Source of the DNA: an uncultured bacterium
Lineage (GTDB): Bacteria; Edwardsbacteria; AC1; EtOH8
Reading direction: 5' to 3'
DNA: 64,000 nt
Assembly (NCBI GenBank): GCA_963780225.1
Contig: CAWAAX010000016.1
Location: forward strand, 1 to 64,000
Below the pieces are notes generated by a model. It worked only from the letters and a program-made list of their open reading frames with translations, searched no databases and had not been told where the DNA came from. Positions 31,324 to 40,232 of this stretch are shown here, one piece after another. Positions within the stretch are counted from its first letter, which is position 1. Every line of letters begins with the position of its first letter. Position numbers and translations under genes: made by a program.

Positions 31324-31701
31324 ATGGATTCGGCCAGCAGCAATTACGAAAAACTGTTAAAGGAACTGACCGACTTTATTCCCGGGGCAGTCTCGGCCAG
31401 CTTGACCGGCATCGACGGGATAGGCATCGCCTTTTATAACATCGATCCGGCCTTCGATCCCACTTTGGCCGATGCCGAATTTGCCACCATGTTAGCCACC
31501 GCCAATCGGGCAGCCCAGAACCTGACAGTGGGAAACATTTCCGAACTTATCTTTTCCACCGATAAAATCACCATCCTTCTCAAAATGGTGGGGACTGAGT
31601 TTTATCTGGAGGTGGGTCTTCAGTCAGGGATGGGGAATATAGGCATGGCCCGGTTGCAGATGCGAAGGGCGTCCGAAGCCTTCGTCAAGGTGCTGTATTA
31701 A
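31324..31701 (+). CDS. Roadblock/LC7 (MglB-like) protein
   Basis: 125 aa; 'PGA.SASL.G.DGI.IA' and 'GNIGMARL' patterns. Confidence 0.65.
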   Translation: MDSASSNYEKLLKELTDFIPGAVSASLTGIDGIGIAFYNIDPAFDPTLADAEFATMLATANRAAQNLTVGNISELIFSTDKITILLKMVGTEFYLEVGLQSGMGNIGMARLQMRRASEAFVKVLY

Positions 31702-31729
31702 TCCTTAAGCAAATATTGGAGTTGAAAAA

Positions 31730-32080
31730 TTGTCAAACCACGAGCACAATAGCCCCGATCAGGCCGGTCAGGTAATAGAAAGCATTGCTCAAAGAGAGCA
31801 GGAGCTGCAGGGTTTACTGAACAGGGCTCAGACGGAAGCCGAAAGGATATTGAACGAAGCCAGAACCCAGGCCGGGCAGTTAATAAAATCCGCCCAGCAG
31901 GATCTTTTACAGCAGGCTGGACAGCAGAAAAAGATCAGGGAGGAAAAAGGCCGGGATATCAGGGATCAAATGCTGGCCCAAGCCGGGAAAGAGGTAGCCG
32001 TTCTTGAGCAAAAAGCGCTGGCTAACCGCCCAAAGGCCGTGGAGACAATAGTGCAACAGGTACTGCCGGAGGAGCAATAG
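31730..32080 (+). CDS. V/A-type ATPase peripheral stalk subunit G/H
   Basis: Charged Ala/Gln-rich helical coiled coil immediately before subunit I. Confidence 0.75.
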   Translation: MSNHEHNSPDQAGQVIESIAQREQELQGLLNRAQTEAERILNEARTQAGQLIKSAQQDLLQQAGQQKKIREEKGRDIRDQMLAQAGKEVAVLEQKALANRPKAVETIVQQVLPEEQ

Positions 32081-32084
32081 CAGC

Positions 32085-33977
32085 ATGATCGTGGCAATGG
32101 CCAAAGCGCTGATAATCGGGCCCAAAGCTCTGCAGCCCCGGGTCATCAAAACCCTGCAGGCCATGGGCCGGGTGCATCTTTCCGGACTTAATTGGAACGA
32201 GCACAAGTTAAAGCCGTATAACCTGAGCCCCGGGCAGCAATCCCGGAAACTGTGGCTGGAGCAGGTTGGTTCGGACATTGACCAGCTTTTAGCGCTGTTG
32301 GGTTTCCGGGGAAAACCGGCCAGATCTGCGGCTCCGGACTTGGCTGGGTTGCCGGTTCTGATCGCTGAATATCAGCAAAGGACCAAGACATTGGCCCGGG
32401 AGAAAATGGAGCTGGAGGACGAGCTATTTCTGGTAGAAAGCTATCGCGGAGCCTACCGGGCCCTGGCTCCTATGATGGCCAGGTTGGAATCCAGCAAAAA
32501 GCTTAAGGCCTTCGGGTTCATAGTTAAAAGCGCGGATGTTAAAGTAATAACTGCACTTTCCCTCCAGCTGAAAAAAGCAACCTCCGGTCGTTGTGAAGTT
32601 TATAGTCATCCTTTAAACGACGGCCGGACCGCGGCCCTGGCGGCCTATCACGCTTCAGACTCCGACAAGATAAAGGGCTTCTTCGCCAAGGCCGGGATCA
32701 GCGAGTTGAAATTACCCTCTTCCCTGGAGGCCCGGCCCATGACCGAGGTGGTAGCTTTGCTGAAAGAAAAGGCATCGGCCTTGCCTAAAAGAGTGGAAGA
32801 AATCGGACGGGAGCTGGCTGAATTATCAAGTTCGTCAGGTCCCGTTTTGCTGGGATACCGGGAACTGATAACCGACGAGCTTTCCCGCTTCGGGGCCTCG
32901 GCTCAGACCGGCCAGGGAAGTTTGATCTTCGTGGTGCAGGGTTACCTGCCCCAGAACCAGGTGGAAGAATTAAAAGACCTGTTACGGAAAGAGTACCAGG
33001 ACCAGGTCACCGTGCAAATAGTGGAGATAGACCAGCACCAGGCGGATAAGGTCCCGGTGATCCTCAAGAACCATAGCCTGATCAAGCCCTTTGAACTTCT
33101 GCTTTCCATCTTCAGCCCGCCCCAGTATGGCACAGTGGATCCCACACCCTTTATAGCTTTTTTCTTTCCGTTATTTTTTGGGTTCATAGTCGGCGATGCC
33201 GGTTATGGGATTTTAATGCTGATCGCTTCAATCCTGGTAATGTTCAAGCTTAAGGATAACATTCTGGCCAGATCCCTGGCGACCATCTTTATGTTCTGCG
33301 CAGTTTGGACTGCGCTTTTCGGCATTCTGTTCGGCGAACTTTTCGGGGATTTCGGCGAGCACATGCACTGGATCAAGCCGATGTCCGAAAACCTAAACCG
33401 TCTGAGCAGCGAATCCATCATGACACTTTTCAAGCTGGCGGTGCTGATCGGGGTGGTCCAGGTTTATGTAGGTTTCGGCATCATGCTTTACATCGGCATC
33501 AAGCACCGTAACCTGCACCACATTCTAGAGCCGCTGGCCTTTGCCCTAGGAGTCATCGGAGTTTTCGGAGTGTTCTTTACCATGATGATAAAAATGCTTC
33601 CGGCAGCATTAATGTGGCCCTCGATAATCCTGACCGGAGCCAGCGCGGTAACTTTGGGCATTCTGGCCGGGGTAGCCGGTCCTATTGAAATATTCGGAGC
33701 CGTGGGAAATATCCTGTCCTATGCCCGTCTTTTCGCCATCGGGCTCTCGGCGGCCTACCTGGCCTATGCCGCCAACCTGATCGGACGGACCATCGGTGGC
33801 GTGACCGGTTTCCTGGTGGCGGCCCTGGTGATCCATCCGTTGTTTTTTGCCCTCGGTTTGATCAGCCCCATCATGCAGCCCTTCCGTCTCCAGGTGGTGG
33901 AGTTCCTGACTAAATTCAAATACCACGATTATCCGGGCAAACAATATAAACCATTAAAAACAATAGGAGGTAAGTAA
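32085..33977 (+). CDS. ntpI: V/A-type ATPase subunit I (a)
   Basis: P.Y..VDPTP..A.FFP.FFG..VGDAGYG; GNILSYARLFAIGL (essential Arg); RLQVVEF. Confidence 0.95.
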   Translation: MIVAMAKALIIGPKALQPRVIKTLQAMGRVHLSGLNWNEHKLKPYNLSPGQQSRKLWLEQVGSDIDQLLALLGFRGKPARSAAPDLAGLPVLIAEYQQRTKTLAREKMELEDELFLVESYRGAYRALAPMMARLESSKKLKAFGFIVKSADVKVITALSLQLKKATSGRCEVYSHPLNDGRTAALAAYHASDSDKIKGFFAKAGISELKLPSSLEARPMTEVVALLKEKASALPKRVEEIGRELAELSSSSGPVLLGYRELITDELSRFGASAQTGQGSLIFVVQGYLPQNQVEELKDLLRKEYQDQVTVQIVEIDQHQADKVPVILKNHSLIKPFELLLSIFSPPQYGTVDPTPFIAFFFPLFFGFIVGDAGYGILMLIASILVMFKLKDNILARSLATIFMFCAVWTALFGILFGELFGDFGEHMHWIKPMSENLNRLSSESIMTLFKLAVLIGVVQVYVGFGIMLYIGIKHRNLHHILEPLAFALGVIGVFGVFFTMMIKMLPAALMWPSIILTGASAVTLGILAGVAGPIEIFGAVGNILSYARLFAIGLSAAYLAYAANLIGRTIGGVTGFLVAALVIHPLFFALGLISPIMQPFRLQVVEFLTKFKYHDYPGKQYKPLKTIGGK

Positions 33978-34325
33978 ATGCGGAAACTTTTGGTTTTGGT
34001 ACTGTTATCCTTAACCTTGCTGCCCCTGGCTTCGATCGCCCTGGCCCAGGACCACGGCGCCACTCCGGCCACCGATGCCCAGCCGGCCGCTCCGGCTGCC
34101 AACAATAACAGCATCGTGATCTGGAAAGCCCTGGGAGCCGCCCTGGCCATAGGCTTTGCAGCCTTTGCCACAGCCCTGGCCCAGAGCAAGATCGGTTCGG
34201 CCGCAGCCGGAGCCATGGCCGAGAAGCCCGAGATCGGCGGCGTGATGATCGTGCTGGAGGCTCTACCCGAGACCATTATCATCCTGGGGTTCGTGATCGC
34301 CATCATGATAGTGGGGATGAAGTAA
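33978..34325 (+). CDS. ntpK: V/A-type ATPase proteolipid subunit K (c), single hairpin with signal-peptide-like N-terminus
   Basis: AQSKIGSAAAGAMAEKPE...ALPETIIILG (ion-carrying Glu). Confidence 0.93.
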   Translation: MRKLLVLVLLSLTLLPLASIALAQDHGATPATDAQPAAPAANNNSIVIWKALGAALAIGFAAFATALAQSKIGSAAAGAMAEKPEIGGVMIVLEALPETIIILGFVIAIMIVGMK

Positions 34326-34338
34326 GAATTGCTGTTGA

Positions 34339-34379
34339 TTCTTTGACGGGCGCTGCTATATGCAGTGCCTGTCAAAGAA
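34339..34379 (+). promoter_or_regulatory. Long stem-loop after subunit K
   Basis: TTCTTTGACGGGCGCTGC pairs with GCAGTGCCTGTCAAAGAA (18 bp including G-U pairs). Confidence 0.6.
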
Positions 34380-34448
34380 ATCTTCTGGCCAAAATGCCCC
34401 GGGACTTAAATCTGCATACTTTACAATAAAATCAAGTATATAATCTAT

Positions 34449-35021
34449 ATGGAATCAGAACTTTTAAAACTGATAGAAAATGAGGCTCAGGCCGAACAGC
34501 AGAGGATCCTGGATGCTGCCCGGCAGGAAGCAAAGGACATCTTGGACAAAGCCCGGGCTCAGACAGTTCAGATGAAGGAGTCCCAGGAAGCCCTGCTCAC
34601 GGCGGAAAACAACATTACCGCTGTCAAGGATCAAAGCGCCGCCCGTCTGGAGGCCTCAGCTTTGATCCTTTCGGCCAAGGACAAGATCATCAACGGCATC
34701 TTTGCCGAAGCGGCCCAGAAGCTTAATGCTCTGAGCGGAGCCCCGCAGAAGCAGGCCCTTAAAAACCTGATGGCCGAAGCCTGTTCCCAGTTTGGGCCCG
34801 GCATGGTGGTGACGGTGAAAAAAGAGGACCTGGCCCTGGCCCAGCAGATAGCCAAGGAACTGAAATTAGACGCCAAATTGGAAACGGACCCTCAGGTAAA
34901 AGACGGGGTGATCGTCTCCAATCCGGACAGAACCTCGGTAGTGCTGAACCGCTTTGCCGACCGGATGGCCCGGGCCAAGCCGGCTTTAACCTCGTCATTA
35001 GCGCAAATTTTGTGGGGTTGA
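34449..35021 (+). CDS. ntpE: V/A-type ATPase subunit E
   Basis: N-terminal coiled coil, C-terminal 'DGVIV....SVVLNRF..R....LWG'; operon position. Confidence 0.88.
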   Translation: MESELLKLIENEAQAEQQRILDAARQEAKDILDKARAQTVQMKESQEALLTAENNITAVKDQSAARLEASALILSAKDKIINGIFAEAAQKLNALSGAPQKQALKNLMAEACSQFGPGMVVTVKKEDLALAQQIAKELKLDAKLETDPQVKDGVIVSNPDRTSVVLNRFADRMARAKPALTSSLAQILWG

Positions 35022-35025
35022 TATA

Positions 35026-36063
35026 ATGCCGTCGGATTATGGTTACATAAACGCCAGGATCAGAGGGCAGCACAGCCATCTTTTAAAACCGGGGGCCTAT
35101 GAAGAGTTGCTGGCCCTGCCCAGCTACCAGCCTCTGGAGAAATGGATGGAGACCAGCCCTTACTCCAAACAGTGGCATCTGGCCCGGGCCCGGTATCAGG
35201 GACTGGAGGCGATGGAGTGGTCTTTGGAGAAAAACTTCTGCCAGACCACCGGACTGCTTTTGAAAATAGCCGAAGGACGCCCCCGGGTTCTGATCTCCAT
35301 CATTTTAAGGCGCTGGGACCTTTCCAACCTGATCGCAGTGGCCAGGGGGATACACGGCGGCTGGAGCACGGCTGAGATACTTAAAAGCGTTCTGCCGGCC
35401 GGCGGCATCAGCGAAGTGAAGCTGCAGGAACTGGCCAGCCAGCCGGATATGGCCGGCCTGACCGATACCCTGTACACCTGGGGAGATGATTTTCATCAGC
35501 CCTTTAAAAAAGCACTGGAAGAATATCAAAAGGAAAAAGACCTGGCCCCGGTGGAACTGGAACTTTACAAATATTATTATTCCTGGGTCTTTAAAAATCT
35601 GCCGCTATGGGGGGACGATCCGGCATCATTAAAAAAACTTTTCCAGCGGGAGATCGATATTTTAAATGTCAAAGCATTAAAAAGGCTTAAAGGGAAAAAA
35701 GATCTGGCGGCCGGGTCGATCCCAAAATATTTTATTCCCGGAGGAACGCTGCTTACCAAAGAAACTTTCACCAGATATTTTGACCGGAAAGAGGGCCCCA
35801 AGGTATTATCCTCGCTGAAAGGGATGCGTTATTATGGCTATTTGTCGGAAAAGGGCAGCGAGCCGAGATCCGAGGAGAACCTGGAACAGGAACATTTCAA
35901 GGAATTGTCAAAACTTTATCAGGGGAACCCGCTGGGGATAGACCTGGTGCTGGGATTCCTCTGGCAGAAATACTACGAGGTCATCAACCTTCGGCTGGTG
36001 GCCCGGGGGAAGTTTTATGGCATCTCCGGCGACCAGATCAGGGATCAGCTGTTGCTTTGGTAA
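35026..36063 (+). CDS. ntpC: V/A-type ATPase subunit C (d)
   Basis: DYGYINARIRG, RWDL.N, EIDILN, E..NLRLVARGK. Confidence 0.9.
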   Translation: MPSDYGYINARIRGQHSHLLKPGAYEELLALPSYQPLEKWMETSPYSKQWHLARARYQGLEAMEWSLEKNFCQTTGLLLKIAEGRPRVLISIILRRWDLSNLIAVARGIHGGWSTAEILKSVLPAGGISEVKLQELASQPDMAGLTDTLYTWGDDFHQPFKKALEEYQKEKDLAPVELELYKYYYSWVFKNLPLWGDDPASLKKLFQREIDILNVKALKRLKGKKDLAAGSIPKYFIPGGTLLTKETFTRYFDRKEGPKVLSSLKGMRYYGYLSEKGSEPRSEENLEQEHFKELSKLYQGNPLGIDLVLGFLWQKYYEVINLRLVARGKFYGISGDQIRDQLLLW

Positions 36064-36290
36064 CCTGGGATTTCCACATTACTTTACCACGCTTGCGCGT
36101 CACCTCTTTCATCGGTGTAAACTCCGCGCTACAGCGTGCAGGCGCGGAAACACAGAACTCACGGGAACCAAATTACCTAAATATTAAAGAAATTTCCTTC
36201 TGAGTTCTTATAATTCTGGCGTTTTCGTGGCCAGCCAAAGGCGTTTAAACTATAAAAAGACAGTAAACAAACAGGTAAAAGGGTCTCATT

Positions 36291-37445
36291 ATGAAAAAAT
36301 ATTGGATTCTGATCCTGGCGGCCGGACTTTCCTTGCCGGCTTTGGCCTTGGATGCTCCGGCTAACCTGAAGGTAATCGATGCGCCCAACGATGACGGCCG
36401 TTCAGTGATATTGACCTGGGACAAGGCGGCCGCCGAAACAGCCGATCCGGCTGCGTTCAAAGGCTACCGGATTCTGCGGTCAGAAACTGCCGGCGGCCCC
36501 TATGCCGAGGCGGGCTATGTTTTCCCGGGCAGCGTGGAGTTCACCGACAACACGCTCACTCCCGGTGTGCAGTACTACTATTTGATCAATGCCGTTACTT
36601 TTACCGACTCCGCCCAAACGGAGCCCATCGGGCCGGTCAGTTCCAGCGCCCAGTGGTTCAATACCGCCCGGGCCAACATCCTGATAGCCTTTCTATCTTT
36701 TACCGGGCTGATACTTCTTTACATCTACAAGGCCCGGCACGGCGCTGATCTGTTCGTGCGCCGCATCGCCGGGCTTTCGGCGGTGGATGAGGCCATCGGC
36801 AGGGCCACCGAGATGGGACGGCCCATCCTCTACCTGCCTTCGGGAGGACTCTCGGCGGTGTCCGACATCCAAACCCTGGCCAGTTTGGTGATTCTGGGCC
36901 GGGTGGCCAATAAGGCGGCCGAATATGACACCCCGCTTTTGGTCCCCTGCTCCGATCCGTTGGTGATGACCCTGGCCCAGGAGATCGTGAAATCCAGTTA
37001 TATGAACGCCGGCCGGCCCGACGCCTACCGGGCGGAGAACATCCGTTATCTTACCAACGAGCAGTTCGCCTACACCGCCGGGGTGGACGGGATGATGGTC
37101 AGAGAGAAGCCGGCCGCCAATTTCATGATCGGAACTTTTTACGCCGAATCGCTGATCCTGGCCGAGACCGGTTATTCCACCGGGGCCATCCAGATCGCCG
37201 GCACCGCCATGATCTCCCAGCTGCCGTTCTTTGTAGCGGCCTGTGACTATACTTTGATCGGGGAGGAGATCTACGCCGCTTCGGCCTACCTTTCCAAGGA
37301 GCCGGTGCTTTTGGGCACCATCAAAGCTCAGGACTGGGGCAAGGCGGTGGTGATATTTTTAATTCTGGTTGGAGTGGTAATGCAGACGCTGGCCCTAAAA
37401 CTTCCCCAGCTGGGATTCTTTTCCCGATGGCTGATGCCGCGGTAA
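36291..37445 (+). CDS. Fibronectin type III plus DUF6754-type membrane protein
   Basis: Signal peptide, FN3-like domain (LTW, GYRI.RS, YYY), TM, 'RRIAGLSAVDEAIGRATEMGRP', 'QLPFFVAACDYTLIGEEIYAASAYLS', TM. Confidence 0.7.
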   Translation: MKKYWILILAAGLSLPALALDAPANLKVIDAPNDDGRSVILTWDKAAAETADPAAFKGYRILRSETAGGPYAEAGYVFPGSVEFTDNTLTPGVQYYYLINAVTFTDSAQTEPIGPVSSSAQWFNTARANILIAFLSFTGLILLYIYKARHGADLFVRRIAGLSAVDEAIGRATEMGRPILYLPSGGLSAVSDIQTLASLVILGRVANKAAEYDTPLLVPCSDPLVMTLAQEIVKSSYMNAGRPDAYRAENIRYLTNEQFAYTAGVDGMMVREKPAANFMIGTFYAESLILAETGYSTGAIQIAGTAMISQLPFFVAACDYTLIGEEIYAASAYLSKEPVLLGTIKAQDWGKAVVIFLILVGVVMQTLALKLPQLGFFSRWLMPR

Positions 37446-37489
37446 ATAACAAAACAAATTCATCCGGCGATATTTACAGGAGATATAAA

Positions 37490-38149
37490 ATGAAAAAGAC
37501 CGTTCCTCTGGTGATCACCTTTCTGGCAGGGTTTTACATGATCCTGTCCTTCTTCGTACCGCATCCCATAGTGGCCAATTCGGCCCAGAAGATGCAGTCC
37601 TGGGAGATAATCATAGTGGCTTTCACCCTGGTGCTGGGCATCGGGAACCTGATCTTAGTACATGCCGAAAAGATCCAGCGCCGCCGTCAGGGCTGGTTTT
37701 ACAGCCTGACTTTGCTGATCTGCCTGGCAGGCATGATGGTGCTGGGTTTGTTCTGGGGCATCATGGAAGGTACGGTCTACTATTGGCTTTATGACAACGT
37801 GATGGCTCCCCTGTCAGCGGCCATGTTCTCGCTGCTGGCCTTCTTCATCGCTTCGGCGGCCTACCGGGCTTTTAGGGCCCGCAACAAGGAGGCCACGTTG
37901 CTGTTGATTGCCGCCACCATCATCATGATCGGACGGGTGCCGCTGGGGAACTGGCTCTGGCAGCATATTCCGCTTTTGGGCGCCAAGTTTCCCACCTTGC
38001 TGGACCAGGTGACCCAATGGGTAATGGAAATTCCCAATACGGCCGGCCAGAGGGGCATCAAGATCGGGGCCGCCCTGGGCGCAGTTTCCATGGCTCTGCG
38101 GATGCTTTTGGGGATAGAGCGTTCCTATCTGACCACCGGCGGCAATTAG
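37490..38149 (+). CDS. Hypothetical polytopic membrane protein (DUF6754 cluster)
   Basis: 5-6 TM; 'AMFSLLAFFIASAAYRAFRARN.EA'; 'PNTAGQRGIKIGAALG..LR.LLG.ER'; RBS AGGAG. Confidence 0.75.
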   Translation: MKKTVPLVITFLAGFYMILSFFVPHPIVANSAQKMQSWEIIIVAFTLVLGIGNLILVHAEKIQRRRQGWFYSLTLLICLAGMMVLGLFWGIMEGTVYYWLYDNVMAPLSAAMFSLLAFFIASAAYRAFRARNKEATLLLIAATIIMIGRVPLGNWLWQHIPLLGAKFPTLLDQVTQWVMEIPNTAGQRGIKIGAALGAVSMALRMLLGIERSYLTTGGN

Positions 38150-38156
38150 AAGGAGG

Positions 38157-39002
38157 ATGACAAACATGAAAACATTCTTAGAAAGACTTACCAGAATAGA
38201 CCGGCGCTGGATATTTCTGGCCATGGGGCTGACCGTGGCCCTGGCTCTGGTGGTTGATGTCAAGCTGCCCATGACCGTCAGCCCGGATGTGCAGCAGGCC
38301 TATGATCTGCTGGAAAAACTGCCGGAGGGAAGTCCGGTATTGTTTTCCTGGGATTATGACCCCGGCTCCATGCCCGAACTCTATCCGCTGTCGGCCGCCA
38401 TGCTGCGTCATGCCATGCGCCGGAACCTTAAAGTGGTGATGATGGGGCACTGGCCCACCGGGATTCCGCTGGTCGAAAGACAGATATCCGAGGTCATCCG
38501 GGTTGAATTTCCGGACAAGGTCTACGGACGCGATTACGTCAATCTGGGCTACAAAACCGGGATGGCGGTGCTGGTGGTGACCATGGCCAAGAGCATTGCC
38601 GATGCCTTTCCCCAGGATTATTACAGGAACCAGACCGATACCCTGGAATTGATGAAGCAGGCCAAGTCGCTTAAGGACATGGGGGCGGTGGTCTCCTTCT
38701 CGGCCGGCGACCCCGGGCTGATCATGTGGATCCAGTTCGCCTGGCAGCGTTTCGGGGTTCCGGTCACCGGGGGCTGCACCGCGGTCTCGGCTCCGGAGTT
38801 CTCGGCCTACCTGCAGTCGGGGCAGCTGATGGGTTTGATGGGCGGAATGCGGGGCGCGGCCGAATACGAGGTGCTGGTGGATCATCCGGGCGCAGCCTCT
38901 ACCGGGATGTCGGCCCAAAGCCTGGCCCATTTCCTGATCGTGGGCTTCATCCTGATCGGCAACATAGCTTATTTTATGACCCGCAAAAAGGAGGACAAGT
39001 AA
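38157..39002 (+). CDS. Hypothetical membrane-anchored protein (TM, alpha/beta domain, TM)
   Basis: 'DYDPGS.PEL.P', 'YGRDYVNLGYK', 'GQL.GL.GG.RGAAEYE'; RBS AGGAGG. Confidence 0.75.
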   Translation: MTNMKTFLERLTRIDRRWIFLAMGLTVALALVVDVKLPMTVSPDVQQAYDLLEKLPEGSPVLFSWDYDPGSMPELYPLSAAMLRHAMRRNLKVVMMGHWPTGIPLVERQISEVIRVEFPDKVYGRDYVNLGYKTGMAVLVVTMAKSIADAFPQDYYRNQTDTLELMKQAKSLKDMGAVVSFSAGDPGLIMWIQFAWQRFGVPVTGGCTAVSAPEFSAYLQSGQLMGLMGGMRGAAEYEVLVDHPGAASTGMSAQSLAHFLIVGFILIGNIAYFMTRKKEDK

Positions 39003-39003
39003 A

Positions 39004-39609
39004 ATGGCGCTGTTTGGAATATGGCTGGGCGCGCTTTTGACGCTTTGCATTTACAGTTTTCTGTACAAGGATAATCCCCTGTACAAGTTTGCCGAGCACG
39101 TCTATGTGGGCATTTCGGCCGGGTACTTTGTGGCGATCGAGTTCCATAATGCGGTATTGCCCAATCTCTGGATACCGTTGACCACGGATTTTGCCCATAA
39201 ATATTATTTGATAATCCCGGGAGTGATGGGACTGATGGTCTTCTTCGCCTTCTCCCGCAAATATAACTGGCTGCTGCGTTTCCCCATCTCCATGGTGGTG
39301 GGGATGGGCGCCGGGCTTTCGGTGACCGCCTTTTTGTCCACCGACGTCCTGGCCCAGACCCAGGCCACTTTGATCCCGATAAATTCCCTTAACAACTTTC
39401 TGTTGGTTTTGGGCGTGCTGGCCACTCTGGTCTATTTCTTCTTTTCGGCCGAGCATAAGGGCTTCATCGGGGCCGGGGCCAAGCTGGGGGTGTGGTATCT
39501 GATGATCGCCTTCGGGGCGGCCTTCGGGTACACGGTGATGGCCCGGATCTCGCTTTTAATAGGCCGGATGCAGTTCCTGCTGGGCGACTGGCTGCACATA
39601 CTGAAATAG
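39004..39609 (+). CDS. Hypothetical polytopic membrane protein (DUF6754 cluster)
   Basis: 'YSFLYKDNPLYKFAEH..VG..AGY'; 'MIAFGAAFGYTVMARISLLIGR'; about 6 TM. Confidence 0.75.
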   Translation: MALFGIWLGALLTLCIYSFLYKDNPLYKFAEHVYVGISAGYFVAIEFHNAVLPNLWIPLTTDFAHKYYLIIPGVMGLMVFFAFSRKYNWLLRFPISMVVGMGAGLSVTAFLSTDVLAQTQATLIPINSLNNFLLVLGVLATLVYFFFSAEHKGFIGAGAKLGVWYLMIAFGAAFGYTVMARISLLIGRMQFLLGDWLHILK

Positions 39610-39750
39610 GGGACCACTATTTGCCACAGAGACACTGAGACACAGAGGCACTGCTTTTATTAATCATGTGTTTATCTTAGTGTGCTTTGAGGCACTTCGG
39701 CAAGCTCAGTGCCCGCTTAGTGTGAAAATAAAATTCTTAGTAAAGGTTTC

Positions 39751-40074
39751 ATGAACCGTTTAGCCATAATAACCGACAGCGGCACGGCCACCGGGTTCCG
39801 GATGGCCGGGGCCGAGACCTTTGAGGTGAAGGACAACCGGGAGCTTCAGCAAAAGGTGCTGGAGCTGATCCAGACCGAAAGCTACGGGCTGATAGCGGTC
39901 AACGACCAGCTGGCCGGGGACCTGGGCGAGGACGTGGCCCGGGCCTTAAAGAACAAGGCTTTGCCGGTGGTGCTGCCGTTCCCGGTGCCCAAGGAAGGCC
40001 AGGTGGTAAGCGGGGAGCAGTATCTGGCGAAGTTGGTGAAGGATGCCATAGGGTTTTACGTAAAATTGAATTAA
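39751..40074 (+). CDS. ntpF: V/A-type ATPase subunit F
   Basis: 'AII.D..TATGFRMAG', 'LPVVL', 'LVKDAIG'. Confidence 0.92.
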   Translation: MNRLAIITDSGTATGFRMAGAETFEVKDNRELQQKVLELIQTESYGLIAVNDQLAGDLGEDVARALKNKALPVVLPFPVPKEGQVVSGEQYLAKLVKDAIGFYVKLN

Positions 40075-40081
40075 TTGTATT

Positions 40082-40141
40082 CATAGCCCATACATTATTT
40101 ATCCGCTGTAGTTTTAACGTAAGAGGAATGTATGGGCTATG
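40082..40141. repeat. Palindromic element, left copy
   Basis: CATAGCCCATACATT...AATGTATGGGCTATG perfect 15-bp inverted repeat. Confidence 0.85.
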
Positions 40142-40232
40142 AATGGGTGAATCTTATTAATGGAAATCATTGACAGCCTTAATATATCGCATATTTCGTT
40201 CCGGCACCCTAAATTAAAACAGGAGGTCTGCC

